Positions 1-13,239 of a stretch of 64,000 bases of DNA are shown one piece after another. Position 1 is the stretch's first letter, and the number at the start of each line of letters is the position of its first letter. Source of the DNA: Sminthopsis crassicaudata (lineage: Eukaryota); NCBI RefSeq assembly GCF_048593235.1, contig NC_133622.1, positions 95,852,001 to 95,916,000 of the forward strand, read 5' to 3'. A program made the position numbers and the translations under genes. The notes under the pieces are model-generated. The model did no database searches and was not told the origin of the DNA. It saw only the letters and a list, made by a program, of their open reading frames with translations.

Positions 1-477
1 GAAATATATCTAGAAGAAAAAAATAACCACAGACCAGTTGTCAACCATGATTGCATGACCTTAATTTTCATTACTTTATATTTTTATCTTTTATTGGAGG
101 AGCAGTCTATCGACAGTGCCATGCAAACAGTGTGATGTAATTAGGAATTAATCTGTGTAAGAATTGGCAGTCAAGTAGCATATGCTGCTGTCTGACACAT
201 TGCAAACAAGTTCTAATGGTAGAAAATTAGGTTGAACACTTTGCCTATATGAGTAATAAATTTCTCATTCCAGAAAGCCAAATGGAATGTTTAGTGTGAG
301 ATTTGACTATATCATACATTAGAAAAATGCTTATGGACAGAGCTTACTTAAATTTAGAAAGAGGAGCTGGCCATAGCAACAGAAATATGAAGTGATATTG
401 CTTGCCCCCAACACAGGTACACAAAAAATATTGGGAATACCATTGACTCCATTGCCTCCTTGTTCACAGAATGAAAG

Positions 478-610
478 GATCATAGAATATCAGCATTAGA
501 AGGGGATTAGGAAGCAATCTAGTCCAACTTGTCCCGAAGAAGAATTATTTCTACAATAAGACTACCCATGAGGGAGAACTCATTCCCTCCTAAGCAGCTA
601 TTCAGTTATT
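478..610 (-). mobile_element. MIR3/L3(CR1)-tail fragment
   Basis: catagaatatcagcattagaaggggattaggaagcaatctagtccaac resembles the reverse complement of the MIR3/L3 3' tail (gttggactagatgatctctaaggtcccttcc...). Confidence 0.6.
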
Positions 611-1070
611 TTGTCCTCCAGCCAGGTATTGCATACTGAGGATTTATGATTAGCTTGTGTTAGTTCTCCAGGGAATCTGGTTCCAAGATATTAATACCCC
701 TTGGCTTACCCCTTGATATTATAGATGTGTATTATTTCATTTTGGGGAGGCTAGTGCCATGATTTAATTGCTATGGGAAAACTCTGGGATCAAATTGTAC
801 CATAGAGGTAGATGAACAATTCTTTGGTAGGTTGTATTCTATTTTGCTTGTTGACAACTCTTAGCAAGAACCTTACTCATACTAAGTGTGTAAAAAATTA
901 TCTATTGATTTAATTAATATTGAAGTAAATTATGTTTTAAGGGTTTGATAAAGACTCATTAAGGAGAAAATTACAGAGGATTGAGTTATGATTTATGTTA
1001 GAATTTTTATCTGGGATCTCAAATTGGGAATTAAGAATTAGAAAATTGAATTTTAATCTGTCCTATACTT

Positions 1071-1283
1071 CAGAAGTGTTAAATATGCTACCTGATGGCT
1101 GCATGTTGCTCAGAACAATCTGGAAAATAGTCTGAACCAGATTAAAATGTAGTTCCTGTGTGATTTTAATATGTTGACAAAAATATGTTAATATGTATGA
1201 TTTTCTAAGTCTGTATGTTGCCCACAGGGATCATTATATCTGATTTAGTGGCTCCTGTTTCTATCTGAGTTTGATATCACTCT
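1071..1283. mobile_element. hAT-Charlie-like MITE, copy 1 of 3
   Basis: Degenerate TIRs cagaagtgttaaa ... tttgatatcact. Internal motif ccagattaaaatgta is shared with copies at 18352 and 38091. Confidence 0.65.
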
Positions 1284-1773
1284 CTACCTCACTTTATATT
1301 TTGTAGCTCTATTGTTTCTATTATTTTTTTTCTAAAAGTTTTTTTTTTAATTATTTCTAGAAGTTACTTTATCTTTTAACCAGGAACATTGAGTAGTTTG
1401 GTTTAGGTCAGTATTATGGTTCTTAAGCAACTTCATTTATGAATAAGATTGGCAGTCTTTTTTGGTGGTGATTTTTCTAGCAGTTTTCATTTCACTTTGA
1501 CTACTTTAGCTAATCTGTTGACTTTTTAAAATGTTCATTGTGCAAGTGGGGAGCAATCTGCACTTATATGTAAGGAGTCATTTCCCATAATGACACTTTA
1601 TTCTATATTGCCCCTTAATTAGATTCTAAAGTCCTTGAAGGTGGGGATTGCATTTTGCCTTTCTTTGTGTCTCATGCTTAGCACAGTGCCTAGTAATTGA
1701 CTAATTGACAGGCAGTGTGCAAGCAAAAGGCAGTCCCTACTCTCAGGGAACTTAAAATTGGGGGACCCAGCAG

Positions 1774-1777
<4 letters not shown>

Positions 1778-1828
<51 letters not shown>
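1778..1828. repeat. (CA)n microsatellite
   Basis: Perfect CA run, about 25 units. Confidence 0.99.
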
Positions 1829-1830
<2 letters not shown>

Positions 1831-2204
1831 AAATGTACATATTTACAAAATCTTTACAAAGTATCTAAGTGCTTAATAAATGCTTGTTGAGTGATTGAGT
1901 AGAAATGCTCTAGTGTATGGCAATTTCAGGGGAGCTTCATAAATCATTTCCTAATTGAATTGTTGACTGTCTTATATGGTTAATAACGAGTGGCTTAAAT
2001 ATGTGTATTTGGAATTGAGGTGCCAGAAGAGAGTTTGGGCTGTACTTATATCCAGAGTTCTCTCCACCTGAAATGCCCCACCCCTACTTCATCTTCATTT
2101 GTTGCTATTCTACTCCTTCCAAATCAAGTGCAATATCTTTAAACATCTCATTCTTCCAAGCTAATACTGAGCTTTTCCTCATTAGATACTTGTTGCTGTT
2201 ACCC

Positions 2205-2330
2205 TAGAAAAGTCACATAATCTCTGCCTTAGTTTCTTCATCTATAAAATGGGATCAATAATAGCATTTAATTAACCAGGATTATAAGTATAGAATGAGT
2301 TAGCATTTGTAAAATATCTTTTCTTCACAT
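2205..2330 (+). mobile_element. MIR SINE fragment
   Basis: CORE-like aagtcacataatctctgccttagtttcttcatctataaaatggg. Confidence 0.75.
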
Positions 2331-2964
2331 TTTAAAGTACTATGCAATGCTCTTAATTACCAAATTTGTGGCCTTAAGTTTTCTGGCCAATTTCATATTT
2401 TGTAAAATTGGAAATTGGTCCAGAGGTCCTCTAAGGTCCCTTCCAACTTTAGATCTGTCATCCTCTTTATAAAAAGCAATATATAATGCCTTTATAATTA
2501 GACCCATTTCCTCCTCCAAGGAGGTAGCTTCTGTGGTACCTTCTAGTTCTATGATCTTTTGAATGAAATATTGAAATGAAGAATGTTTGCCAGGTTTGAC
2601 TAAAGTTCATCAAATAGATAACATATACTGTAACAAGATCATTAACTAGAGGTATGAGAATTTTTTATATTGAATCTGGGTCTCAGATATAAGATTCTAA
2701 ATGTGAGACTCCACATATGCAGATGAAATTTAATGGAACCAGTTTTCATATAAGATTAAGTACAAAGTCTCCTTAGAGAACAAAATGTTGTCTATCTCAA
2801 AAGAGTAAATTTTTTTTTCAATGGCCGAGGAGCTCAAGTATTAATCAGCATAATGACTTTTGACTATATAAAATATTCATTAGCTTTGAAATGAATACAG
2901 TTTTATATTACAGTAAAACCAGATATCCCAATCTGGAAAGACAGACTTCAATCTTGTGTCAACG

Positions 2965-3160
2965 AAATGTAATAGAAAAAGCCATTGTACTTGGAGGAGT
3001 GATAAGCTTGGAGTTTAAATTTGGCTTTTTGACACTTATTACCTGTGTGAACTTGGGCAAATAATTTCATCTCTCTAGTTTAAATTTCTCATCCATAAAA
3101 TAAAGAGATTGGACTAATGACCGTTAAGATTTCTTCTAACATCAGTTCTGTGATCCTAGA
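2965..3160 (+). mobile_element. MIR3-type SINE
   Basis: CORE ctgtgtgaacttgggcaaataatttcatctctctagtttaaatttctcatccataaaat followed by L3-type tail ttggactaatgacc. Confidence 0.75.
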
Positions 3161-4884
3161 TCCTAGATAATCATCTATGCGCAAAAGGCCCATAGAGAGC
3201 AAATAATTTATGAAAACCTTTATTGAAAAGGGAGGGGATAGGATGAATATTCAACTCTTGTTCTTAGGAAAGGAGAGAGACAAGGGTAAAGTGCCAAAGC
3301 ATATTGGTTTACTTCTTGACACTTTTTTTTACTAGAGTATTAGTATGAGTCAAGCAAGACAAATCATGGAATGAAAGGATCTCAGAGTCCATTATTCCAA
3401 CCCCCTTATTTTAGAAATTCTCTCATAACTCTTTCCTTGTTCTTTCCATGTTTGTTCTATGGTACCAGATTGCTTCTGTTACGTTATAAGGTTGTAAAGA
3501 ATCTTAGAGAACATTTAGTTCAGTGCTGAGTAACTAATGGAGTGGAATTAGGATACTGGGATACTCTTCAAAGAATAGTCTGTATTACATTTTGGTTTGC
3601 ATAAGACTACATATAAGTTTAGAGTCATTAAAAGCACTATACAATTTCCCAAATGCAATCCAGCTCCCTTCTTTTCTCCTGTCCACCTCTCGGGCTGCCT
3701 CATTGTCCATTTTTAGAGTCTATCTAAATATAGAAGGAAGGGGAAGGGTATGGAGAGACAGCATTAAATGGAGAGTTCCTAAAAAGCAGCAAATTTATTC
3801 CTGAAATTTTTTTTACAGATTTAATATTAGATGAGAATTAAGTATCAAAATACTTTTAATTAATACCATTATACTCATTGTACTCTATTAAAAATGTACT
3901 AAAAATATTTTGGTGTATCCCAAAATGATTAAGAAGTAACAGGCTTTTTTGCATAACCCCCAACAATTAGTTATCAATTTAATTATGATGATAAACAGTA
4001 TGCCATTGCTTCAACATTATTTATCTATACAGCTTTAGGAAATATATTGTGCATTAAGTTTAAGTAAAGAACAGTTATATTATCAGTGCTACAAATTCTT
4101 TTAAGCTTATTTTTCTAGGGAGACAATGATTCGTTGAATAATTTTGTCCAAATTTCAAAATGTATGCCTCTTTAATAAAATGAATGAAAAGCACCTATTA
4201 TATTCAAACCATGTGTTCAGGCTAAGAAGTAATGTGACATTGGATTTCATGAATCCAGCCTAGGAACTATAATATCCTTCTATGCCATGCAAGGACTTAG
4301 ATATCTCTGTACAATATTAAGTCGTCTATGGAGGATCAAATTGACTTTGCTGGTCTGGGTTACTGTCTAGAGCTTATTATCCAATTTAGCTCCCTTACTT
4401 TTTGCAAAGCATCCTGGTAAAGAGAAGTAAGATAGACACTCTTTTGATTTTATTTTATCACTTTTCAGTGATATGGCTATGTATGTGGTTGAGATTTACA
4501 GGAAGAAATAGATAATAAGATCCAAGAATAGAATGAGGACAGAAGAGAATTGTAGAGTTGACCTAGCTATTAAAGAGAACATATTTCTCTATTGGCTTAG
4601 AAGGACAATTGCTTCTTATGTCATGTGATGTCTAGCTTTGGAGACCTTAAAACTTCCTGGAATATAACTCAGATAATACAAGGAACAATGCTTACTTAAT
4701 AAAGCTCTTAAGGGAGAAAGACTGGAGATTTTTCTCTCTTCCAGTAACCAGGGCTAAATGCTATCATTTTCTTCATCTGTGTACAATCTACCATAGGTGT
4801 AAACTTTAATTGACATCTGTTCTTTGTTAAATGCATTGTGTGTGGTAGAAAACTCACATAATGATCAATTTAGAAATAGAGTGA

Positions 4885-4990
4885 ATTTGAACACAGGGTC
4901 ATAGATCAAGAATAAAACTTTAATTCATGCCTTTATGACAGCTGGCTTAGCTTACTGTAATTCCCTGCCTGTAGATCTCATTCATTTCTC
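4885..4990 (+). mobile_element. L2-type LINE RT fragment
   Basis: Translates to LIHAFMTAGLAYCNSLPVDL, matching the L2 ORF2 motif LIHAF.TSRLDYCNSLL. Confidence 0.6.
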
Positions 4991-5829
4991 CCATTAGAAA
5001 AAAGAAAAAGGTGGTGTGTTTATGTCTAGTTTTTTTTTTTTAAGTATGCATAGTCTGCTCGACAAATGTATCTACTTGGAGATTTTGGTTCTGACTGCCA
5101 GTTAGGAATCAGATTGATTGTAAGAGGTCCTGGTGATCTGTTTTGTGAAACACTGCATGAATCCAAATGAGTTTTAGGTTCCCTATTGCCCCAGCCCAAT
5201 TTTGTTCTACTGTAAAAATGTTGGGCTTTCATTTGTTCAGAGGTACTATTATAAATCACCAAGCCCCATAGCATTTTTTCATGCAACTTTGAATTGTGTT
5301 TTGTCAGTGGAGATTCAGAATATCAGTTCTGTCATTGACTTCAGGTCAAGGCTAAAGTGGCTTGTTTAATTTGCTTTCTTTCAATATCACTTCTTTTTTT
5401 GTCAGAGTGTAGTTTAAGCAGCTTTTCTGGACTACATCAGAGCCTCGATATTTCGCTATCCAGATGCTAAGTGCTAAAATGCTAAATTTAAATGTAAACC
5501 CAAGTTTTAAGTAGCTGCATCTCATCAAGAACAACACAAACTTTGAGGAGACAAAATGTGTCTATCCACCTATATAGATACACTATCTGTTTATATGTAC
5601 TTTCCATATGTGTGAATGTATACCCTGATATACATGCACACACACACACATATATATACATTCTGAAAGTAAATTTTATTGTTGCAGATACTTTCATAGA
5701 AATCACTTTTTTAGAATTAATAAGCTTGATTAATTTTGTATGTATTATCATTATAAATATAAGTTTTACAGCAGGATCCAGGAATAATAGTGGTAACAAC
5801 AATAACAAGAGTTTATACTTAAAGAATAT

Positions 5830-6410
5830 TTAAAGTTTCATAGAATTCTCCCCACAACAGCTCTATGTTATGAATAGTATATATTTTGTTATTCTCATTT
5901 TAACAGATGAAGTTAATCAAGGGTAGAATAAATTATTTTTCAATAATCTTTTAATTAATAATTGTAAAAAGTGAGATTTGAACCTAGGTCTCCTGATTCC
6001 AAGGCCAGATTTAAATAAACAACAACAAAAATGGTTGATAGACAATGCCTTTATATTTTTCTACCAATCATTTTTGTATATATAGAATAATGATCATATA
6101 TACATATATACAACATATATTGTATATATAGAATAATGATAAGATCATATTTAATTAAAATAATTTCTTACATTTGCTTGTACAATATAGTTTTTAAAGT
6201 ATTTTCATATATTATCTCTTTGGATCTTCCTGACAACCCCATGAGATACATAGGTAGATATTTATAACCCCATCTTTTTAACCAATGAAGAGATTTATGA
6301 TTCCATGAGGATGGCAGAACAACACCCTGCCCAATCATACAATCAGTAAGTGACACAGCTGGGATTTGAATCCAAGACTTCTCCTAATTCCATGCTCTAT
6401 CAACTATATC
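5830..6410 (-). mobile_element. Two MIR SINE fragments (approx. 5830-6010 and 6160-6410)
   Basis: attctcattttaacagatga...gatttgaacctaggtctcctgattccaag and acccatgaga...cccatcttttt...gggatttgaatccaagac are reverse-strand MIR motifs. Confidence 0.7.
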
Positions 6411-7209
6411 ATGTTTTCTTTCAACTTCAATCTTAGCTCAAAGGCAAGTTTATTTAGATGCATTAAATATAACATATATGTAGTTATTATCTCTAAACTA
6501 AAATATTGGTTGTAGTTTTTATTGTGTTTTGGAATTAAGTTAAATAGTTCTGTTTTCTTTTGTACTTCCTTTTCCCTAACCTCTTTCAAAATAATTCTTT
6601 CACTTTTTCACGTATTGTAATGAGAATTTATATTCCCTCTAAATGCACATAATGGACAGATATTTTATCCTCTGTGGTTATTCTTTCCCTTTTCATGTTG
6701 GCACTGCTGGCGTTTGTTAGACTTCAAAGACCATTAAATATCAGTAATACCCTTTTTAAGGGACGGATTATGCTATTAGTGACTGACATTTAACCCACCC
6801 TTAGTCACACTGGACATTTAGCATTCCTTAGTTATGCAGTTCCAGGGCAAGAGAGTTATTATTCATAGCAAGTACAATATTTGGTGATTATGTTCAGTAT
6901 TTCATTTGGGGCATAGCTTTCCTTCTTTGTAAGAAGTTGGGTTAATAACTGACATTTAACCTTTCTTTTACTTAGCTTGAAAATGTCATTCTCAACTTTA
7001 TGTGTCTTATTAAGTAAATAGTCACAGTCCATGGTAGAGAAGTTAACACTATCCACTTTAGGGGCAAGTAGCAAAGAAAGATTATAATTATATTCAATTC
7101 TATTCAATTCAGTCAATATTCCTTAAACTTTTTATATGTTAAATTTGAGATAAGACAAAACACTGTCTTCATGTAGTTTTATAGTTCAAAAGCAAGAAAT
7201 AACATATTT

Positions 7210-7415
7210 TTTGTTATTATTGTCATTCTTGATGACTAACTCTTCATGACTCCATTTGGGTTTTCTCTGCAAAGATGGATTTTAAGGAGGGGGAAAGTGG
7301 GGCAAATGACTTCTCCAGGGTCACACAGATTGTAAATGTCTGAGACAAGATTTTAACTCATGTCTTTTTTACTCCAAGCTTGGCACTTTATTCACATTGA
7401 TACCTAGCTGCCCCA
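7210..7415 (-). mobile_element. Mar1-type marsupial CORE-SINE
   Basis: Reverse RTE-derived tail (catgactccatttgggttttctctgcaaagat), CORE and tRNA-like head ending acctagctgcccc. Confidence 0.7.
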
Positions 7416-8390
7416 AGGATGACATGTATAGTAATATTTAATTATTACTTCTCTACTTTAATGACGTGAATTTTATTGGTATGGGTAGGTGGGGATGAGG
7501 CTACGAATTTAGCTTAGCTGCTTCTTAGACAAGAGTAATATACTCTACCACTTAGCCCATAGGAAGGGTTCCAAATATAGTGCTCAAATAACTGTTAAGC
7601 CAAAATGGAAAATGTTAAGACTTACCTGAAAGGCCTCTTTCTTTATAAATTTGAGAGTACAATCTGCATTCAATGTTTAGGTACTTGTAGATCAAGTTGT
7701 TAAAAACTACTGGTCCTGTTCTCATTCTAACCCTGATTTTTTATTAATTATGTGAACAATGCTTTTCTGGACATCCTGTTAAAGCTAGACAATCTTTGCC
7801 AGCATCACAGGTCTTTTATTTATTTTTCACTTAGCTCTTAAGTACTAACAATTCTATGTGAAAGGAACCTAAAACAAAGCAGGAATGGTGGTGATTATTA
7901 CATAGAATTTAGGAATTTTTATTCATCAAGCAGAGCAATCCAGGCATTTGGGGCAAAAAAACTTGCACTTAGGGTAAAGGCAGGGTGGGGATAGGGATGG
8001 GGGTGGGGTGAGGTGAGAAGTGGAACCCTGTGACTAATTTCTAAAGAGTTCTGGATACCAGGATGTGCCAGTGGGGAGGAGTCTATTATTGAGAGAGGGA
8101 GCAAACCAGGAAGCTTACCTATTGGTATAGTTTCTGCTATCTAATATCTTTCTCTTTTAACTAATAATACCTACTTATTAGGAAATATGCACAGTTCCTC
8201 TAAGTTTTGATGTCCTGGGACAAAGCACCAATCACTTTATCCTAATTTTAGCTCTGAAGTCAAGTTTTTGCTATGTTAATAACTTTTTAAAAGATAGTAC
8301 TTTGAACTCATTGGATTGTAGAATCTAATTCTTGGGTATTTGAATTACACCATAGTAATCCTATTGGATTTTTTGGAATGATTTACTTAA

Positions 8391-9095
8391 TTTTTTTTGA
8401 ATGAATAATATTTTATTTTCCAAATACATGTATAGTTTTCAACATTTATTTTTGTAAGACTTTATGTTCCAAATTTTTCTCCCTTCCTTACCTCCTCCTT
8501 CCCCAAGAGAGCAAGTATGATATATAGGTTAAATATGTGCAATTCTTTTAAATATAATTCCATATTTGTCATGTTGTGCAAGAAAACTCAGATCAAAAGG
8601 GGAAAAAAAGATCTTGAGAAAGAAAAAAAAAAACAAAAAAGTGAAAATATTATGTTTTTATCCATATTTAGTCTCTATAATGTTATTTTCCATCCTAAGT
8701 TTATTGGAATTGCCTTCAATTACTACATTGTTGAGGAGAGTCAAGTCCATCATCATAATCTTGTTGTTGCTGTGTGCAGTGTTCTCTTAGTTCTGCTTGT
8801 TTTACTCAGTATCAGTTCATGCAAGTTTTTTAGGCTTTTCTGAAATCAGCCTGTTCATCATTTCTTATAAAACAATAATATTTCATAACATTCATATAAT
8901 AAAACTTATTCAGTTATTCTCTAATTGATGAGCAAACCTCAATTTCTAGTTCCTTGCCACCACAAAAAGAGCTGCTACAAACATTTCTGCACATGAGGGT
9001 CCTTTCCTCTCTTTGATGATCTCTTGTGTACAGATCCAGTTGTGGTATTGCTGGATCAAAGGGTTTGCACAGTTTTTGCCCCTTTTGGCATAGTG
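8391..9095 (-). mobile_element. L1 3' fragment
   Basis: Poly-T start, marsupial L1 3'UTR, and ORF2 C-terminal motif ttccttgccaccacaaaaagagctgctacaaacatt. Confidence 0.9.
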
Positions 9096-9689
9096 GAAGC
9101 CTTTGGCTTTTGCAAAACTAAGATAGATCTTGATTCCTACCTGGAGTGAACTAGATCTTCATCCTTGATACCTTGACAATTCAAGGCAAAAGAGGAATCA
9201 CAAAGACAAATGAAGAACTGAAAAGACCTGATAGATTTGTCTGCAACTTAATGTAATGAAGAAGAGTTTCTGGACACTAAGAGATGTGCTTAGATCAGTA
9301 TATATCAGAAGTAGAACTTTTACTCCAATGCTCTAACCACTATGAAATGCTGACTGCTGGAATTAAATATATATTATTCAGATCATTTGAAAATCAGCAT
9401 TTTCTCAATTTTCACTGTGCATTTTCTATCTACAAACAATTGACACACATTGACTCCAGGATAAAAGGTTCTGGCTTCAAATGCTGCCTCTGATTCTTAC
9501 TGCTTGAGATATTAGACAAGTCATTAAACTTCTCCAGGACTCATATTCTTCATCTATTAAATGAAAGGAGTTGCATTTGCTAGTTTTTAAGATCCCTTCC
9601 AGGATTAGTGATACTTTGGTCCTCTACTTGAACTGTTAGTACCACCTAAGCATCTTTGTAAGATAATGTATTTATTTTTTGCATCATTT

Positions 9690-10160
9690 TATGTGACCAT
9701 CAGTTGAAGAAAGTAGTGATGGCTTATTTATCCTTGAGAAGAGGGACATATAAGGTGAGAGGAGCACATGGTATCAGTCCTGAAGAATTTGAAAAGGCAT
9801 CATCATGTGGAATAGAGATTAGATTTGTTGTCTTTGGACCTAGGAGGTTGAACTACAAATAATGAGTACTAAGTTGCAGAAAGGAAATTTTGGCTCATTG
9901 TAATGAAAAAAAAAAATTAGACAATTAGAATTGCTTCAAAGTATTACCAATGTGTTTATCTTTGAGAAGTTCTTCAATTGAAGCCTAGATTCTACTTTAG
10001 GGAGTTCTGTATAAGAGAAGTTTGCTGTTGTGGTATTAGCAAGGGTGGGGAACATCCAGGATACTTAAGACCCTCAAGATCATTTGTAAAATCAATCACA
10101 GGTGATGATGAGCTTAAAGCTAAGTACAGTAACCTCCCACATTCTGAATTCTATAAGTTG
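9690..10160 (+). mobile_element. CR1/L3 LINE 3' fragment
   Basis: Decayed match to the CR1 C-terminus (ttatccttgagaagag ~ FSLEKRR; catgtggaatagagattagatttg ~ HVEEGLDL; aagttgcagaaaggaaatttt ~ KLQRGRF). Confidence 0.8.
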
Positions 10161-10389
10161 ATAAGTCTTCAGGGATGGGCACAATTTTAACAGGCAGAAC
10201 AGCTATTTCTTAGTAATTGTTCTTGGTCTATCTGTACTTGTGACACTACTGGTCAACCTCTATTAGAAATACTGTTTTCCTTTGACCTTTGCAACAGAAA
10301 TTACCCTTGATCTCTACTTATCTATTTTGCTTTTACTTTTCTATTTTTTTCCCTCACTAGCTCTTCCTTTTTCGTAGTTGTAAGGATTT

Positions 10390-10485
10390 ACTTTCTGATG
10401 CCTCCCTCAAATCCAATTCACATGCAAATCATAGACAGTACTTTTGATATCACTGGTCCTTTTTGAGAATAAAGGACAAAACAAG
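10390..10485 (+). mobile_element. WALLSI/RTE-SINE 3' tail fragment
   Basis: aaatccaattcacatgcaaatc...gatatcactggtcctttttgagaataaaggacaaaac; shares aaatccaattcacat.caa.tc with the 13240-13465 copy. Confidence 0.65.
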
Positions 10486-10908
10486 TATCTGGTACTGGAT
10501 ACCAATGAAGAGAGGAATGTAGGGAAATAGCAAACTTTTTGGAAATTCCTTTAGTCCTTGAAGAAATGGGAACAATGAGAACTTCAGCTCAAGCCTCCTA
10601 CTTATAGATTCCAATGGTCCTCCTCAGTCTTGCCCTTCTTTGCTGTAGTTCAATTCTATCTTTCTTTTTCTTCCTGTTGCTCCTATGTCTTTGATACTTT
10701 CAAGCTCAGCATATTAGGCCCTATGTGGGGCAAGAAATGCTATTCCCTGTTGCTGTTGCTGCTCAGCTTTTGAAGTCCCTACTCCTTCCTTACATTCTAT
10801 GTCTTGAACATCTTTTGAGAACTTTCAGGAAGGGACTCAAATCTGAATTCCTGCTCAAAGATCAGAGTAGTCCCACATGGTTCTCAGGGCTAAGAAGGAA
10901 TGTTTGTT

Positions 10909-11141
10909 CCGTGGTTCATAAAGTGTGGAGCAGAGAATTCTGGCAGTCTCTGAAATCTTTTCAGAGGGTCTGCAAATTCAAAATTAGTTTTTATTTCTAA
11001 AATTGTAAATATCTATAAATATAATCCACTCTTTGGACAAAACCTCCATAATTTTTAATACTATAATACTGAGAACAAATATAGTAATACTATTCTAAAA
11101 ACAACAATAATAGTACTGAGAATAAAAGTTTGAGAACCACT
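10909..11141. mobile_element. hAT-Charlie (MER5/MER33-like) MITE
   Basis: TIRs ccgtggttcataaagtgtgg ... aaagtttgagaaccact, Charlie-type CAGTGGTTCTCAAA. Confidence 0.7.
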
Positions 11142-11399
11142 TCTCTAAACTACAGATCTCCATATGCTAATCAGTTCTCAAGTCCCTATTACATATGTAA
11201 AGCATTTATGTTATATACATTTTAATTGTGGTCATGCTAGTCATTATTCAGGAAAAGAGTGAAATAGTATGTACTTTCATGCATCCAGTTCACAATATTA
11301 AAAAAGAAAGTTTTATTAAAAGAAGGAATCCAAAACAAAGCAGAAATCAGTGAATGAACCACCTTTAGTCCCGAAGATATATGTACAGTTCTTTTGACT

Positions 11400-12020
11400 T
11401 GAATAGTTCCAAATATAAGATCCCTCTGACAGTTGTGGATGAAATATGAAATGACTACAAAGGTTTAAGCTTTCTAGAATTTAGATTTATTAAGAAAAAT
11501 GTGTCAGCTGACTAATAAATTGGAACTAAATCCCTTCCCCAGTTCAGAGCTGGACCCTGAATATAAGGGTAGACAAACTTTTATATAAAAATCAAATAAT
11601 CAAATAAGACCAATTGATTAAAAGGAAATAATAATAAAATATTAGGATCTGATATCTAACTGGATAAAAGATTAGAGAGGTTCCAAGTTGGGAAGGAGAG
11701 TGGGAACAGCTATAGTTTCCTGAAATTGAAAAATGAGGTATCTGTAAACACTCAAAGGAACATGGAAACAATAATTGATTGATCAGTATGGGGCCAATTT
11801 TTAGATAAAATTACTTGAGTTGTATAATTACAAGAAAACTCCCTGCATCAGTCTTTGAATCTGATTGGGTTTGTGGTCAGCCTAATTTAGGCCCTTAGTT
11901 GAAGGTCTAAACAGCAGGTAGCAGAGTCTGGTTTCCTAATCATAAAGGGCTAGCTTCAAACAATATAATAAGGTTTTCTCCCAATTTCCATAACCGAATA
12001 ATGTTTTCTCGCAAGACAAA
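11400..12020 (-). mobile_element. Possible solo LTR
   Basis: Reverse polyA signal (tttatt ~11486) and reverse TATA (ttttatata ~11579) at LTR-like spacing; boundaries unclear. Confidence 0.35.
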
Positions 12021-12819
12021 AACTGGACTAGATCCATAATTGAATAGAAAGGGAATTGAGCTCCAGAATTTGTAGTTTATCCAATTCTGCCATTAACAAC
12101 TTGGAGCTCCTATCCCTCCATTTCCCTCAATTTCCTCATAATGTTCTACTCCCTCAAAATACATATAAGTTCTATGCAGGCTTACTTGTCCTTGCAATTC
12201 AAAGGAAATAGAGTAAATAGAGTTCTTTACTGGTCTCTGCTTCATTTCAACTTCTTAATTTTCCTCATAGCTTCATAGAACATCCACATAGTCTGTCAGT
12301 TTTTCATACTAGGTGAGGAAGAGGTTCTATATTTGTCTTATCTTTTAATACAACATCCCTAGTGCAAGAAAAACAAACAAACAAACAAACAAACCTCAAG
12401 CTTTCTCTTTCTACATACCCTTTTCCCTCTAATCTCTCCCTATTCCTATTCCTATTCATTGCTTGAAGCAGACACACTTTATTTTCCTTAATTCCAAAGG
12501 TGGTGGTTTTTTTTTTTTTTTTTTGAGTTATAATACAGAATAAAAAGTATTCCTAAATTAAACCAGTTCCCTTGTAGTTAAAACAAAACCATTAAACCCT
12601 AATATAAATGCCCTTTATATATTATGTATGTTATTTTTTGTATATAAATAGTTGATATTGATAGGACCTTGGTGAAAAACAAAGAGACACATGTTATCAT
12701 TGTTTTCTGTATACAAAGATTATGCTTCTGATAGTATTATCCTTGAGTGTAAGTTGGGCTGAAAAGATCAATGCATGATCAGCACTACCTTCCTCTTTGT
12801 GTACACACAATGACTATTA

Positions 12820-13235
12820 TTTGGTTTATGCCTTTGACTTCTCTGCAAAACCCGGTGCCATTTGCAGCTGTACCTTGTTCACATCTCAGGTTGATTTGTG
12901 ACTTTCCTCAAATGCAACAATGGCCTCTATAATTAACATACAGCAGAATGGCCAGTCAATGTTGTTTTCTGAGCATTTTGTTTCTGAGCACTTTGTCTGA
13001 ATCTCTGAGGATTTTCCCAGTCTTCAGCTGCTTGAGGCAGACATCCTCCCTAACTCACTGATAAATTTGAGGCCTATTGGTTACATACAACCTGTTTAGT
13101 ATATCTGCTAAACAGTTTCACCTGAGTGTGGCCATTTCATGTTAAAGCTTCTTGAAGTCGCAGATGAGAGATTAGTGGCAGATGAACCCCAAAGGTGGAT
13201 GAACAGCCCTGAAAAAGGGCATGGCAAGTCCTCAC
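12820..13235 (-). mobile_element. RTE LINE (RTE1_Mars-like) 5'UTR fragment
   Basis: Reverse complement resembles the recalled marsupial RTE 5'UTR (cttgccatgccctttttcagggctgttcatccacctttgg...gtgagttagggaggatgtctgcctcaagc...aacaaggtacagctgcaaatgg). Confidence 0.6.
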
Positions 13236-13239
13236 CCTA

